Below, piece after piece: positions 26,913-37,256 of a stretch of 64,000 bases of DNA. Under the pieces are notes generated by a model that searched no databases, had not been told where the DNA came from, and saw nothing but the letters and a program-made list of their open reading frames with translations. Source of the DNA: an uncultured virus (IMG/VR IMGVR_UViG_3300035698_023946) (taxonomy: Duplodnaviria > Heunggongvirae > Uroviricota > Caudoviricetes). The stretch is taken from IMG/VR virus record IMGVR_UViG_3300035698_023946; one strand, 5' to 3'. The position numbers and the translations under genes were made by a program. How positions within the stretch are numbered: the stretch's first letter is position 1; each line of letters starts with the position of its first letter.

Positions 26913-27496
26913 TTCACTTTAGCCTTTTTGTTAGGAACTAGAACTTTATCTATCAAACCGTACTTCTTAGCTACCTCTGGAGTCATGTGAAAATCTCGAT
27001 CTGCATCTTCTTTTATTTTCTTTAACGTTTTCCCTGTGTGCGATGCCATGATCTTAAACAGTTTTTCATTAGCAGACTCCATATGTGCGAATTGAACTTT
27101 GACATCCTCATACGACCCCTTAGTTCCCCCGAGAACTTGATGAATCATGATATCTGCATTAGGTAATGATTGACGATGCCCCAGTTCTCCTCCACAAAGA
27201 AGAACGGCTCCCATCGAACAAGCTTGACCAAAAGCAACGGTATGAACCGGGGCCTGAATATTGTTCATTGTGTCATAAATTGCCAATCCATCCACCACCG
27301 ATCCTCCTGGAGAATTGATATAAAGACTGATGGGTGTTGATGAAGATGTCCCATTAAGGTATAAGAATTGAGCGACAACGACTTCTGAAGTCATCGAATC
27401 AATTTCTCCCGTCAACAAAACGATCCTATCCTTCAACAATCGAGAATAAACATCAAATGCAGCATCTTTATCTTTAACGATTGGAACAAACGTCAT
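26909..27496 (-). CDS. clpP: ATP-dependent Clp protease proteolytic subunit
   Basis: DVYSRLLKDRI, YINSPGG, ACSMG, IMIHQ, DRD, YGLID. Confidence 0.97.
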   Translation of the reverse strand: MTFVPIVKDKDAAFDVYSRLLKDRIVLLTGEIDSMTSEVVVAQFLYLNGTSSSTPISLYINSPGGSVVDGLAIYDTMNNIQAPVHTVAFGQACSMGAVLLCGGELGHRQSLPNADIMIHQVLGGTKGSYEDVKVQFAHMESANEKLFKIMASHTGKTLKKIKEDADRDFHMTPEVAKKYGLIDKVLVPNKKAKVK

Positions 27497-27505
27497 GGGC
27501 AGCTC

Positions 27506-27967
27506 CTATAGCGGTAGTATCTTTCTCTCATCTTGTATCAAGTCTGAATTCGTCATCTCCGTTCCAAACTTAGACATCCATTTACCATATTTCGTTCCGC
27601 ACTCACCACAAGCCAATTTAAAATCAGAACGAGTCATGGCCGAATCATCATAGGCGAATGAGAACTCGTCAATTGTCTCTTCTATCATTTTAGTCACATC
27701 GTCGATAAAGTCAAGTATGTTGTCCTCTTGATCTTCCGGCAACGCCTCATCTAAAGAGTCTCCGTTAAAAGCAGCGGTGTGATAAGGCAAGCTACTCAAC
27801 TTCTTTTTTAATTCATCAAAAAATCTTTTATTCATGATTTCGATTCCTTTTGAAAAAGACCCTTGGGTGCATCGAGCACCCAAGGTGACAGAAACGACAA
27901 CGCTACTTTTTAATGTATTTTTTGTAATAGGAGGGAGTGCAATAAACGCCTTTGCTAATTCTTGCAA
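27506..27967 (-). CDS. Hypothetical protein
   Basis: ORF; true start is probably the internal MNKRFF. Confidence 0.65.
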   Translation of the reverse strand: MQELAKAFIALPPITKNTLKSSVVVSVTLGARCTQGSFSKGIEIMNKRFFDELKKKLSSLPYHTAAFNGDSLDEALPEDQEDNILDFIDDVTKMIEETIDEFSFAYDDSAMTRSDFKLACGECGTKYGKWMSKFGTEMTNSDLIQDERKILPL

Positions 27968-28172
27968 GACGATCCTTGCGAATGAGATGCCGTAGAGCGG
28001 CAGTCAGCTGTTTTTGCGTCTTAACGTGGCGGCGGGAGGATGGATTTGTCTTTTTGAGGACTTCCCGGACATAGCCGGTTGGAGAAACTTGAAGATCCTC
28101 CATGACCTTCATAACTGCATCAGAGATGACAAATGTTGACTTTTTTGCTGATTTTGATCGTGAAATAACCAT
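27903..28172 (-). CDS. Small basic putative DNA-binding protein
   Basis: 89 aa, K/R-rich, winged-helix-like LARISKGVY; AAAGGAG RBS. Confidence 0.65.
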   Translation of the reverse strand: MVISRSKSAKKSTFVISDAVMKVMEDLQVSPTGYVREVLKKTNPSSRRHVKTQKQLTAALRHLIRKDRLARISKGVYCTPSYYKKYIKK

Positions 28173-28228
28173 TGTGAAACTCCTTTCGGACTATAAAATA
28201 TATCCTCTTATCTGAGGAATTTAACTTT

Positions 28229-28256
28229 ATTCTACGGACTAGGCCGTGGCGTACAA
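28229..28256 (-). promoter_or_regulatory. Probable sigma70-type promoter TTGTAC-N16-TAGAAT
   Basis: Intergenic; read directly. Confidence 0.5.
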
Positions 28257-28267
28257 AGCTTAAATCT

Positions 28268-29044
28268 CTAATCTTTTTTCTTTTTATTGTACTTTCTTTT
28301 TACTTCGTATTCGCGTTTCTTATTCTTCTGAACGTTACTTTCCGATTCTTTCTTTCGAATATCCTCGCTAAATATGTGTGGTATTTTTGTTTTCACTCTT
28401 TGGATTGCATTACCAACACTTTTTCTATTCTTTTTAAGCATATCGGCGATTTCTTTATACGGATGCTTATGTAAGTATAAGGTGAAAGCTTGAGCTTCTA
28501 ATTCAGATAAATTGGAATATAGCTTTTCTTCTAATGAAAGTATGTATTCCTTATGACAAAGTTCTTCTAAATAAGAAAAATCATTTTGGTGGATAATGTC
28601 TTCAAAATTTATCGAATTACCATCTGTATCTGTTCTAACTGGTGCTTGTAAAGAGTAGTTGAAATTCATTGGTCGATTCTTTTTTCTTTCGACATCGTTG
28701 AGCATAGATTTCAGCTTACCAGTGAACAGTATTCTACAGTACGAACGAAAATCATGACATTTTAACGGATCGAACATTTTTACCGCTCGGACTACCTGAA
28801 GGCAACATTCTTGATAGATATCATCTTCATCCATCCCTTTTATATGCCATTTAATCTTAATTAAGTCAGTATCTTTTTTTACTATATTTAGAAGATATTT
28901 AAAAGATTCATTATTCTCCGTTCTTCTGTATCTTCCCACATGAAATAAGACTTTTCCCAACTCATCTAAATCTTCGTATTTTACATTATTTACTAAAATA
29001 CTGTCTATTTGTTTTTTGGTTAACTTTCTTCTTCCTCGGACCAT
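28268..29044 (-). CDS. RNA polymerase sigma factor, SigH-like
   Basis: Region 2 DEDDIYQE...AVKMFD...FRSY; region 4 LSELE...YKEIA...KSVGNAIQRVK. Confidence 0.85.
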   Translation of the reverse strand: MVRGRRKLTKKQIDSILVNNVKYEDLDELGKVLFHVGRYRRTENNESFKYLLNIVKKDTDLIKIKWHIKGMDEDDIYQECCLQVVRAVKMFDPLKCHDFRSYCRILFTGKLKSMLNDVERKKNRPMNFNYSLQAPVRTDTDGNSINFEDIIHQNDFSYLEELCHKEYILSLEEKLYSNLSELEAQAFTLYLHKHPYKEIADMLKKNRKSVGNAIQRVKTKIPHIFSEDIRKKESESNVQKNKKREYEVKRKYNKKKKD

Positions 29045-29088
29045 TTTTCTATTTTAGCAATAGAATAATGATCATCTGTAAAATCTGC

Positions 29089-30225
29089 TTATGGCGTTTT
29101 TGTCACCTCGTTAAGCAGCGGTGCATTTTCACATAAATCTATGCACTCACTAAAACCTAAATTCAACAAGTGTTTATGATCTGGATAACTTTCAGAAAAC
29201 TGACACTTATCCAATAAACACCTTATCAAACTTCTAATTGTTTGCGTATCTTTTATAATCTCAGAATGACCTTTAACTCTATCCGCGTATTCCTCCTCAT
29301 TAAATTGTAAAAGTTCATTGTTTCTAGTGTGCTTGTAAAGTAGGACATCTCCCAAATATGCAATCAATCTGGTAAACACTTTCAAAGCTGGATAATTGCT
29401 ATCATCCATAACGCTAGAAATTTTATAGATATTATACGCATTACGGTTAATCATATTGTCTATAATGTAATAAACGACCTTCAAAGTAAGACCTCTAGAA
29501 AATGATGTAGCTGTTTTTAATGTGACATTACCTCCATCTGTTAAAGCGCATTTGTCCATTGTATTCAAGGCATCTCGCAAAGATCCATCTGTACCATACA
29601 TGATTTCAGCGATTGCTGCATCTTCATAAAGGAAACCTTCTTCCAAACAAACTTTTTTAAGATAATTGACAGAATCATCAAAATTAGGTTTCTTAAGATC
29701 GAATCTCATGCATCTATTAATCAATGGATCTTCCAACTTGTCCACATTCGTAGTACAGAACATGAAACAATTTTTGCCTCGCTCATTTTCTAAAACTTTG
29801 AGAAGAAGATTCTGAGAAGCTTTCGGAAGTTGTTGAGCTTCATCAATGATGAAGATTCTCATTGAGAGATCCATCGTCGAAGAGAAGGTGCTTTCTTTGA
29901 GATTTCTCATGTCATCAATACCTCTTTGATCGGCAGCATTGATTTCTCTAAAATCGATGGACTTGTCCGACATGATCGACTTGCAGAACCGGCATTCCCC
30001 ACACGGACCCTGTAGGCCACCCTCAGTGACCGGAGAAGAGCAATTGACATACATAGCATAGATTCTTGCCAAAGTCGTCTTACCGGCTCCGGAAGCCCCA
30101 TAAAAGAGAATGGAATTGGGGATTTGATCGGCAATCCTGGTCGCCGACAACGTTTGCTTGATCAATTGATGACCGACGACTTCAGAAAACTTTCTAGGTC
30201 TTTTTCTAATTGCCAGAGGCTTCAT
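29089..30225 (-). CDS. dnaX: DNA polymerase III gamma/tau subunit
   Basis: RPRKFSEVVGH, GASGAGKTT, PCGECRFC, EINAA, IIDEAQ, NRC, GSLRDA. Confidence 0.95.
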   Translation of the reverse strand: MKPLAIRKRPRKFSEVVGHQLIKQTLSATRIADQIPNSILFYGASGAGKTTLARIYAMYVNCSSPVTEGGLQGPCGECRFCKSIMSDKSIDFREINAADQRGIDDMRNLKESTFSSTMDLSMRIFIIDEAQQLPKASQNLLLKVLENERGKNCFMFCTTNVDKLEDPLINRCMRFDLKKPNFDDSVNYLKKVCLEEGFLYEDAAIAEIMYGTDGSLRDALNTMDKCALTDGGNVTLKTATSFSRGLTLKVVYYIIDNMINRNAYNIYKISSVMDDSNYPALKVFTRLIAYLGDVLLYKHTRNNELLQFNEEEYADRVKGHSEIIKDTQTIRSLIRCLLDKCQFSESYPDHKHLLNLGFSECIDLCENAPLLNEVTKTP

Positions 30226-30436
30226 TCTTCACATCCTCGTACCGTTCTAAAATGTCCTGATAAGACCTGTCGATTTCTTGATAATCAATGATGATCTGTT
30301 CTTCGATTTCAGGTTCAGATACCACATCATTAAACGAACTAGAATAAATGAAAATAAGAATGATATAAATAACGGGAATTAACGACGCCATGCATAACGC
30401 CTTGATAATCCAATCCGGAATACGTTTATACGCCAT
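30206..30436 (-). CDS. Small membrane protein
   Basis: One TM helix; AGGAG RBS. Confidence 0.7.
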   Translation of the reverse strand: MAYKRIPDWIIKALCMASLIPVIYIILIFIYSSSFNDVVSEPEIEEQIIIDYQEIDRSYQDILERYEDVKNEASGN

Positions 30437-30455
30437 TATTTTCTCTCCTAATTTC

Positions 30456-30484
30456 AGTATAGTCCATCATAGAAAAAATATCAA
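30456..30484 (-). promoter_or_regulatory. Sigma70-type promoter TTGATA-N17-TATACT
   Basis: Read directly; intergenic, followed by AGGAG. Confidence 0.7.
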
Positions 30485-30493
30485 CGATTCTAC

Positions 30494-33400
30494 TTAGGCA
30501 GTTACTGATGATTCAATCTTTTTGACACTTTTTCTTCGGGCCGTTCCACCCGCCACTGAAAAATCGACCTTACCATCCTTCGTCAGCTTACATGTGACGA
30601 CAGCTCCGGTTCTTAGTTTTCTTCCAATCGGATCTCCGTCATCACTGTGCTGCACATAGAATTGAGCAAGTTCATCAAGGATTAAATTATCAATTGTTCT
30701 TCGGATTTGTCTAGCACCGTACTCTTTAGAGTACCCCTTTTCGATGACCGTCTTAATCAATGGTTTTGTAAGTTTGATCGAAAACCCTCTCACATCTTTA
30801 ATGTGTTGATTGTAGTCATCAATGATGAGCTGGACGATTCCTTCAAGAGATTCATGATTCAATTCTTTGAAAACTACGATCTCATCAATTCTGTTAATAA
30901 ATTCAGCATTCATTTTAGATTTAACCACATTTATAGTTTTATCCTTAAGGCTTATGTATTCCGATTTTTCTCGACTGTCATCATCGGATGAAAAACCCAT
31001 CAAATCATGATCTCCAATTTGACTTCCAAGATTAGTTGTCATGATGATGATCGTATTCTTGCAGTCTACAGAAGACCCGGTCTTTTTATCAATGAGGCGA
31101 CCTTCTTCAAGAAGGGGCAAAATAAGCTCCCATACTTTAGGATCTGCTTTTTCAATTTCATCCAGCAAAATGACGGAATATGGTTTTTGCTTAATCTTGT
31201 TAGAAAGACCCCCTCCTTCATCGAAACCGACATATCCGGGAGGAGAATTATGAACTCCTAAATCAAAGGCGGTATAAGACTTGTCCTCTTTCACACTCAA
31301 GTCGTGAACTAATCCTCGATAACTGAAAAGATTATTTGAAATAAGTTTAGCTGTCTTATAATCTCTCAAATGCAGACCCAAACCATCTGCTTCATCATAT
31401 TCTTCTTTTTTCTCAAACCACTTAAAACCCATCTTGGCAAAGCTTAACAAAATACTTAAGATCTGAAAAACATAATACAAACCTAAGATGGCCGACTTTT
31501 TCTTAATTGGCTCTGGCTCTTTCCATTCGCACGGAATTAATAAATGATCAGTTTTATTCAATCGTTTAGCTTCAATCCATTCGATCTTTCTTTTTTCATT
31601 AGCCTGTCTAAACACGAGGAACTTATGCTCAGAAGTACAGCGAACCACGATGTCGCCCTTCTTAGGATGCCTTATCTTCAGCTGTTGCAAAAATCCACTA
31701 TGATTATACTCGTATGTTTCTTCAACTTCCTGAAAACGATTCTTACAAGTGAGAACCTTGTCCCCCTCCTTAACTTGCTCAATCGGAACTGGTCCTCTTT
31801 CTGTTCTGACCATAGACCCGGTAGCGAAGCAACCAACTAGACCAGACACAGAATGCTTTTCTGAATAAGAACTCATGTCTTCTCGAATTAATGACGACTC
31901 TTCCCCAAACATGACTTGAGCCAATTTTCTAGCAGTTTCCGTTTTTCCAACTCCAGTTTTACCAGCAAACAAAAGCGTTGCGATAGGTTTCTTAGGAGAT
32001 TTTAATCCAGTCCTCCCTCTGATGACGGCAGTGTAAACGGATTTAACAGCTTCATCTTGACCCTTGATATGATGAAGTAAATCTTTTTCTACTTTTCTTA
32101 GGTTGGATACGTCATCAAGACCTTTTGAAATTGGAACACCAGTCATCGCCGTTACCGTTTCGGCCACTTCTTCGATAGAAATTTCTTTAAGGCCCTTATC
32201 TAGGGACTTCATGACTTTCACTTCTTCGACTTGCAATGAATCATAAAGCTTTTCTCGTTTTTTCTGCTCTGTTTTACATCTCTCCCATTTTTTCTCTTTC
32301 ATCAATTTAGAGATACCCTGCTCTACTTCAAGAATTTCATTTTCTATTCTTTCTATAGACTCACTTTTAGGGATACATTGTAACTTCTTCTTCGCACCAA
32401 CTTCATCCATGATGTCAATCGCTTTATCGGGAAAATTCTTATCAGAGATGTATCGGGAACTTATTTTAACGATATAATCCAAAACTCTTTCTCTAAATCT
32501 AATTCCATGAAACTTTTCATATTGAGGAGCAATTCCTTGAAGAATTTTGAGAGTTTCTTTCTTGTTTGGCTCTTCAATCTTAATCGTACTGAATCGCCTA
32601 GAAAGTGCAGCATCAGGTTCGATTGCTCTCTTGTATTCTCTCCAGGTAGTGCTTCCGATGCATTGAAACTCTCCCTTGGACAAAGATGGCTTTAAGATGT
32701 TCGCCGCGTCCATGGCACCTTCGGCACTTCCGGCAGACACGATCATATGAACTTCATCTATGGCTAAAATGATTGAAGAGTCTTTCTCGACTTCTTTGAT
32801 GATGGTTTTTAAACGCTGTTCAAACTCTCCTCGATACTTCGTCCCAGCCACTAACATCGCTAAATCTAAAAGTACGATTCTCTTACTAAAAAGTTCTTTT
32901 GGAGTTTCTTTTCTAACGATTCGTGTTGCTAAGCCCTCTAAAATAGCAGTCTTGCCAACACCCGCATCCCCTACGATCAATGGGTTGTTTTTGTTCATTC
33001 GACATAGGATATGAACCAAACGATTGATTTCTTTTTCTCGACCAACGATTTTGCCGATCTTACCTTCTCTCACTCGCTTATTTAAATCTGTTCCAAACAC
33101 CTCAATCAAAGGTTCTCTTGAATTTCCTCTTTCTCCAGAACTGCCAGCTGTGACTAAGTTGTCCTTGTCATCTTCAGTCTTTCCACCATCTATGATGAGT
33201 CTGTCGTAAGCATTTTCAAGCCTGCCCAATGTGATCTTTGAATTATCAAATAGATCCTTAATAAACCCCTCTATAGAAGCCATCGCCATCACCACATGTT
33301 CTGTAGAAACAACTTCTGCCCCACGTTCTTGAGAGATGGAACAAGCCTGTTTGATGACCTCTTCGAATTCTTTAGAAAAAGCAATTTCTTCAATACTTTT

Positions 33401-33625
33401 GTTATATTCGACCTTATCTAGAGAATCTAAATAAAGCATTATTTCTTTTTGAGTTTCCGCACGATCCAATTGACAATCAACTAACAGTTGATTTCCGATC
33501 CCCCATTTCAAATTAAGAATCGACAATAGATAATGTTCAGGAAGGATGTACTCGTTCTCAAAATTGATACACTCTTTTGTGGCATGTTTGATGATTGCTT
33601 CGTGCAGATCGTTAAATTTGGGCAT
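30494..33625 (-). CDS. clpC: ClpC-type Hsp100 ATPase with intein
   Basis: Clp-N repeats, GDAGVGKT, KYRGEFE, short UVR-like middle domain, GKTGVGKT, PPGYVG, LDEIEK, LMGF ClpP-binding loop, GAR. Confidence 0.95.
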   Translation of the reverse strand: MPKFNDLHEAIIKHATKECINFENEYILPEHYLLSILNLKWGIGNQLLVDCQLDRAETQKEIMLYLDSLDKVEYNKSIEEIAFSKEFEEVIKQACSISQERGAEVVSTEHVVMAMASIEGFIKDLFDNSKITLGRLENAYDRLIIDGGKTEDDKDNLVTAGSSGERGNSREPLIEVFGTDLNKRVREGKIGKIVGREKEINRLVHILCRMNKNNPLIVGDAGVGKTAILEGLATRIVRKETPKELFSKRIVLLDLAMLVAGTKYRGEFEQRLKTIIKEVEKDSSIILAIDEVHMIVSAGSAEGAMDAANILKPSLSKGEFQCIGSTTWREYKRAIEPDAALSRRFSTIKIEEPNKKETLKILQGIAPQYEKFHGIRFRERVLDYIVKISSRYISDKNFPDKAIDIMDEVGAKKKLQCIPKSESIERIENEILEVEQGISKLMKEKKWERCKTEQKKREKLYDSLQVEEVKVMKSLDKGLKEISIEEVAETVTAMTGVPISKGLDDVSNLRKVEKDLLHHIKGQDEAVKSVYTAVIRGRTGLKSPKKPIATLLFAGKTGVGKTETARKLAQVMFGEESSLIREDMSSYSEKHSVSGLVGCFATGSMVRTERGPVPIEQVKEGDKVLTCKNRFQEVEETYEYNHSGFLQQLKIRHPKKGDIVVRCTSEHKFLVFRQANEKRKIEWIEAKRLNKTDHLLIPCEWKEPEPIKKKSAILGLYYVFQILSILLSFAKMGFKWFEKKEEYDEADGLGLHLRDYKTAKLISNNLFSYRGLVHDLSVKEDKSYTAFDLGVHNSPPGYVGFDEGGGLSNKIKQKPYSVILLDEIEKADPKVWELILPLLEEGRLIDKKTGSSVDCKNTIIIMTTNLGSQIGDHDLMGFSSDDDSREKSEYISLKDKTINVVKSKMNAEFINRIDEIVVFKELNHESLEGIVQLIIDDYNQHIKDVRGFSIKLTKPLIKTVIEKGYSKEYGARQIRRTIDNLILDELAQFYVQHSDDGDPIGRKLRTGAVVTCKLTKDGKVDFSVAGGTARRKSVKKIESSVTA
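31247..31831 (-). mobile_element. Mini-intein (195 aa) in ClpC NBD2
   Basis: GLVG|CFATGS ... CTSEH ... VHDLSV ... VHN|SPPGYVG; no LAGLIDADG motif. Confidence 0.92.
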
Positions 33626-33678
33626 GGTTATAGTTCCCCTGTGTTGGACTATCTGAAATAAAATGTGCAGACAATTTC

Positions 33679-33707
33679 ATTATACAACAAAAAAGAAATT
33701 AATTCAA
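33679..33707 (-). promoter_or_regulatory. Sigma70-type promoter TTGAAT-N17-TATAAT upstream of clpC
   Basis: Read directly; intergenic. Confidence 0.75.
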
Positions 33708-33717
33708 GAGATGCAGT

Positions 33718-33918
33718 TTAAAGGCTGTTTTTCGAGGTACAATCTATGGAAATAAATGGACGGGAAGTGCCTTGCTCAACACTATAATTGATTTTTACAG
33801 AACTGCAAGATTTAAAAATATCGACTCTTTCGGTCAAGTCCTTAATGGACTCTAAAAAATCTTCTTTACTTTCACAATCATAAGAACCATAACTTCTTCT
33901 ATGATATTGTTCTTTCAT
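33718..33918 (-). CDS. Hypothetical protein
   Basis: Probable start MKEQY right after the nrdJ stop. Confidence 0.6.
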   Translation of the reverse strand: MKEQYHRRSYGSYDCESKEDFLESIKDLTERVDIFKSCSSVKINYSVEQGTSRPFISIDCTSKNSL

Positions 33919-33919
33919 T

Positions 33920-36172
33920 TTAAAGTATCTCGCATTTTCCGCCACCACAGGCGATTTCTTCAATCAATTTAGTGTTATCTTCTTCTTCAATGAGTTGTTC
34001 ATAATCAACAGACTTGTACTCTCTTTTTAAATCGCACCAAACTTTCCAATTATGAACCTCTTTCAAAAGATAGGTGGTTTTTTTCAGATCATGCTGTAAA
34101 TATCTTTCTGCAAACTGGTCTACCCTTCTAAACCAATCCAATCTTTCATTGTGAAGACCCAAAACACGCTCGTATTCTCTTTTGGAACGATAATCATCTC
34201 TGACTGGCTCATCCACACCCTTGCCTTCGACAACGATGTAACTACAAGCCTCCCAAAGATCATCAAAAACCCTTAACCCATCGACAATCAATCCGGAAGC
34301 CATCAGTGTCCCATCTCCATAGAGTCTGACCAACTGTTTTGGAGTATGGACCGCACACATCGGAGCTTGAGGATAATCAAGATCGCCACGAATAGGGATT
34401 AAAGATACCCCTGTGAAGTAATTTCTATTTTGAAAAATATACTTCGTCACATCTACCCATTCTTCATCTCTGATATGAATCGTATTACTCACATTGTGAT
34501 TCAACCAAGGTGAAATTCCCCTATCTTTATGAGTCCCTGGTAACACCCAGTTTTTTTGAGTCGATTTAACATAATCCAGCAATTCAATGGCACTGATTTG
34601 GTTTTTTGTTTTCGCACCATCGGGGACTTCTACGCAAAATGTGACAATCTCATCTGTCTCATTCGCACTCCAAATACTTTTTTCAACAGCAGATGGATTA
34701 AGCTTTTTGAAATACTGAAGTACAGATTCATTTTTATTAGCCTGCATACGCCTAAAGTAGGTCGTAGCATGATGAGGGTGGATCCCTGATGAAGTTCCAA
34801 GAACTAATGATGACGTTCCAGCCGGCTTAATGCAAGTCGTCCTAGCAGCCGGATTTATTCCGATCTTTAAAGCAATTTTTTCATTTACCTTATTGATTAA
34901 TTTGGCCATTTTTGTTTGAATATTAGGATCAAACAAAACTTCTGGGTTACTCATCATTCCGGTGATAGAAACTCCTAACAGGGCTTCTTTACGAACGATA
35001 TTCTCTGTCGCTTCTCCGAGATATGGAAAATCAGAATATCCGGCTTGAGCGGTTCCTATGATAGCCGCTGCCTTAGCAGCGATTTCAAAATCTTCTTCTG
35101 TCTTTACCTTTCCACCATTAATCTCCGAAAGATTGCAAAACCCCCAACCGGTTTTTTTAGTAATTTCGTCATAAGCAAAAAACGAAATTTCGCTACACGG
35201 ATTAACTAGCATCTCCAAATCATCCACCCAAATAAATCCGGGTTCACCAAATTGTTTGGTAGATTCCATGATCTTCTTGAAGTCTTCAAATGAAGTTTCT
35301 CCACGAAGCAAAACTGCTGAATTATTCGATCTACCACGTTGTGGATTTTCTTCAAGCCAATTACCAGTCTTAGCATTCAACATATCTTCGTCATCTAGAG
35401 AGAACAAGGCAATACAGCTAGACCTTCTAACTCCTCCAGATAAAACCGCGTCAGAAGAATGCATGATGAGGTCATAAGCGTCAATCGTCCTTAAACGACA
35501 TTCATTCTTGATATAGTTTTCTTTTCTTGAATAGCAGGATTCAAAAACTACCCGGCATTTTTCTAATGCATTTTCTAAAGGTTTTGAACCTGGGGCTTTT
35601 CCAGAAGACGAAGAAAGATTAGACCCTTCTGGTCTAATTAGTGAATAATCAAAATCAATATTAGCTCCAGCATATTCTGGAAAAGGTCCATCATGGATAT
35701 ATGATGAAATTAAAACACCAAGTGCATCAGCCCATCCTTCAATAGAATCGGGGATTGTATAGGCTCTTCTCTTTGCATGTCTTTTTTTGATTAAAGGAGG
35801 AATTTTATTTACGTGATGTTTTTGGACACTAAACCCTGCTCCAGAACCGCAAAGAAGAACAAAAAATGATTCTTGAAAAAATCGAGGTCGATCACAATAC
35901 GAACTCGAACAATTGAACAATCTGCAATGTTTCTTTAAAATTGGTTCTCCACCAAATTGAAGAGCACGTTGAGAACCTAAAACTCTTTTCCGTCTAACTT
36001 TATCGAAAGCCCAATTCAACTCTTCTTCTATTTCTGGATATCTCGTCAAATGCATTTCAAGAACCCTATCTACCGCTTCATTCCAAGTTTCTCTTCTCTT
36101 TAAATCGGACCTATATCTTGCATACTTGGATACAAAGGTATATTCTTGCATTGCTTTTAACGAAGTTGACAT
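33920..36172 (-). CDS. nrdJ: Class II (B12-dependent) ribonucleotide reductase, RTPR-type
   Basis: FNCS, GGVRRS, NPCSEI, FCNLSEI, CIKPAGT, C-terminal CGGGKCE. Confidence 0.92.
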   Translation of the reverse strand: MSTSLKAMQEYTFVSKYARYRSDLKRRETWNEAVDRVLEMHLTRYPEIEEELNWAFDKVRRKRVLGSQRALQFGGEPILKKHCRLFNCSSSYCDRPRFFQESFFVLLCGSGAGFSVQKHHVNKIPPLIKKRHAKRRAYTIPDSIEGWADALGVLISSYIHDGPFPEYAGANIDFDYSLIRPEGSNLSSSSGKAPGSKPLENALEKCRVVFESCYSRKENYIKNECRLRTIDAYDLIMHSSDAVLSGGVRRSSCIALFSLDDEDMLNAKTGNWLEENPQRGRSNNSAVLLRGETSFEDFKKIMESTKQFGEPGFIWVDDLEMLVNPCSEISFFAYDEITKKTGWGFCNLSEINGGKVKTEEDFEIAAKAAAIIGTAQAGYSDFPYLGEATENIVRKEALLGVSITGMMSNPEVLFDPNIQTKMAKLINKVNEKIALKIGINPAARTTCIKPAGTSSLVLGTSSGIHPHHATTYFRRMQANKNESVLQYFKKLNPSAVEKSIWSANETDEIVTFCVEVPDGAKTKNQISAIELLDYVKSTQKNWVLPGTHKDRGISPWLNHNVSNTIHIRDEEWVDVTKYIFQNRNYFTGVSLIPIRGDLDYPQAPMCAVHTPKQLVRLYGDGTLMASGLIVDGLRVFDDLWEACSYIVVEGKGVDEPVRDDYRSKREYERVLGLHNERLDWFRRVDQFAERYLQHDLKKTTYLLKEVHNWKVWCDLKREYKSVDYEQLIEEEDNTKLIEEIACGGGKCEIL

Positions 36173-36174
36173 TT

Positions 36175-36564
36175 CTACTCCTTTCCTTTATCAAACTGAT
36201 CTAATGACGACAACATTTCATTCCACTTCTTACAATCCTCTGCATGATTCAATACGGGATCATTCTGAGGGCTGAACCCTCCCTCTTCTGGATAAGACAA
36301 ATTTATTTCTGGACGATGGTCTTTGAGATGAACCCATGAATAATACAATTTAATCATTTCTTCTCTAATGTCAGCACCAGGAGGAAATGAATAATCCCAA
36401 GGAGAGAAAGACAGTAAAATCTCTCCCTTCTTGGGATGTCTTTCAACAACCTCTTTATCTAGAATCTGACCAGAAACGCATACTATCGGAGCTGCTTGAC
36501 CGGTCTTATCATCTACCCAAACGTCTTCAATTCTAACTTTACAAACCTTATGACTGCCACTCAT
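36175..36564 (-). CDS. Hypothetical protein
   Basis: 129-aa ORF. Confidence 0.7.
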   Translation of the reverse strand: MSGSHKVCKVRIEDVWVDDKTGQAAPIVCVSGQILDKEVVERHPKKGEILLSFSPWDYSFPPGADIREEMIKLYYSWVHLKDHRPEINLSYPEEGGFSPQNDPVLNHAEDCKKWNEMLSSLDQFDKGKE

Positions 36565-36565
36565 C

Positions 36566-36832
36566 CTACTCTCCAGGGCTATCTTCGTTGGCGATATACT
36601 CTTTCAATACCGTCACATCTTGATCCTTCATTGTAGTAAATGTTGGTTCAATTTTCAAGTCTTCCTCTTTCTTGTTCACCCTGCTGTTGAGGATTTTTTC
36701 ACGTTGTGCCTTAGTGATTCCTCGTTCCTCCCCAGTCACAGTACAACGATACTTGTGTCTACCTTGAGTATCTATTCCCAAGTCTTCATGGGGGGTCAAA
36801 CGACCTAGTGTCGAACTTCTTAACATTCTCAT
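36566..36832 (-). CDS. Hypothetical protein
   Basis: 88-aa ORF. Confidence 0.65.
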   Translation of the reverse strand: MRMLRSSTLGRLTPHEDLGIDTQGRHKYRCTVTGEERGITKAQREKILNSRVNKKEEDLKIEPTFTTMKDQDVTVLKEYIANEDSPGE

Positions 36833-36833
36833 A

Positions 36834-37256
36834 TTATCCTTCTCCTTTGTCAGGACTTAATACATTTGCGGCATGGCGCAAAATTATTCTGGCTTCAACT
36901 TTGGAAACCAGTAAAGCATCTTCAATCCTAGTTCCTAAATAATCAAAAAAGTTGAACATGTTAGGATTGTAATCTTGATATCTTTCTGTTAACTCTTTCA
37001 TTCTTGATCTATAATATACGTCACTAATGTCAAAGGCTCTCATAAGGGATCTTACATTAGAATAGGAATCTAATTGCTGTTCATGTGTCATCTTGTCTTT
37101 CAAGGACTCCAAATCTACTTCAGAAATATCCCTTAATTTTCCTCGTTCTTGTTGTTCTCCGATGATTCTAAAATAAGGTTCTTGATCTAGGTTTGAAAAA
37201 CAACCAGAAAATAAGAACATAAATAAGAACATGAATAAAAATTGTATACTTTTCAT
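36834..37256 (-). CDS. Putative lipoprotein
   Basis: MKSIQFLFMFLFMFLFSGC signal with lipobox. Confidence 0.7.
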   Translation of the reverse strand: MKSIQFLFMFLFMFLFSGCFSNLDQEPYFRIIGEQQERGKLRDISEVDLESLKDKMTHEQQLDSYSNVRSLMRAFDISDVYYRSRMKELTERYQDYNPNMFNFFDYLGTRIEDALLVSKVEARIILRHAANVLSPDKGEG

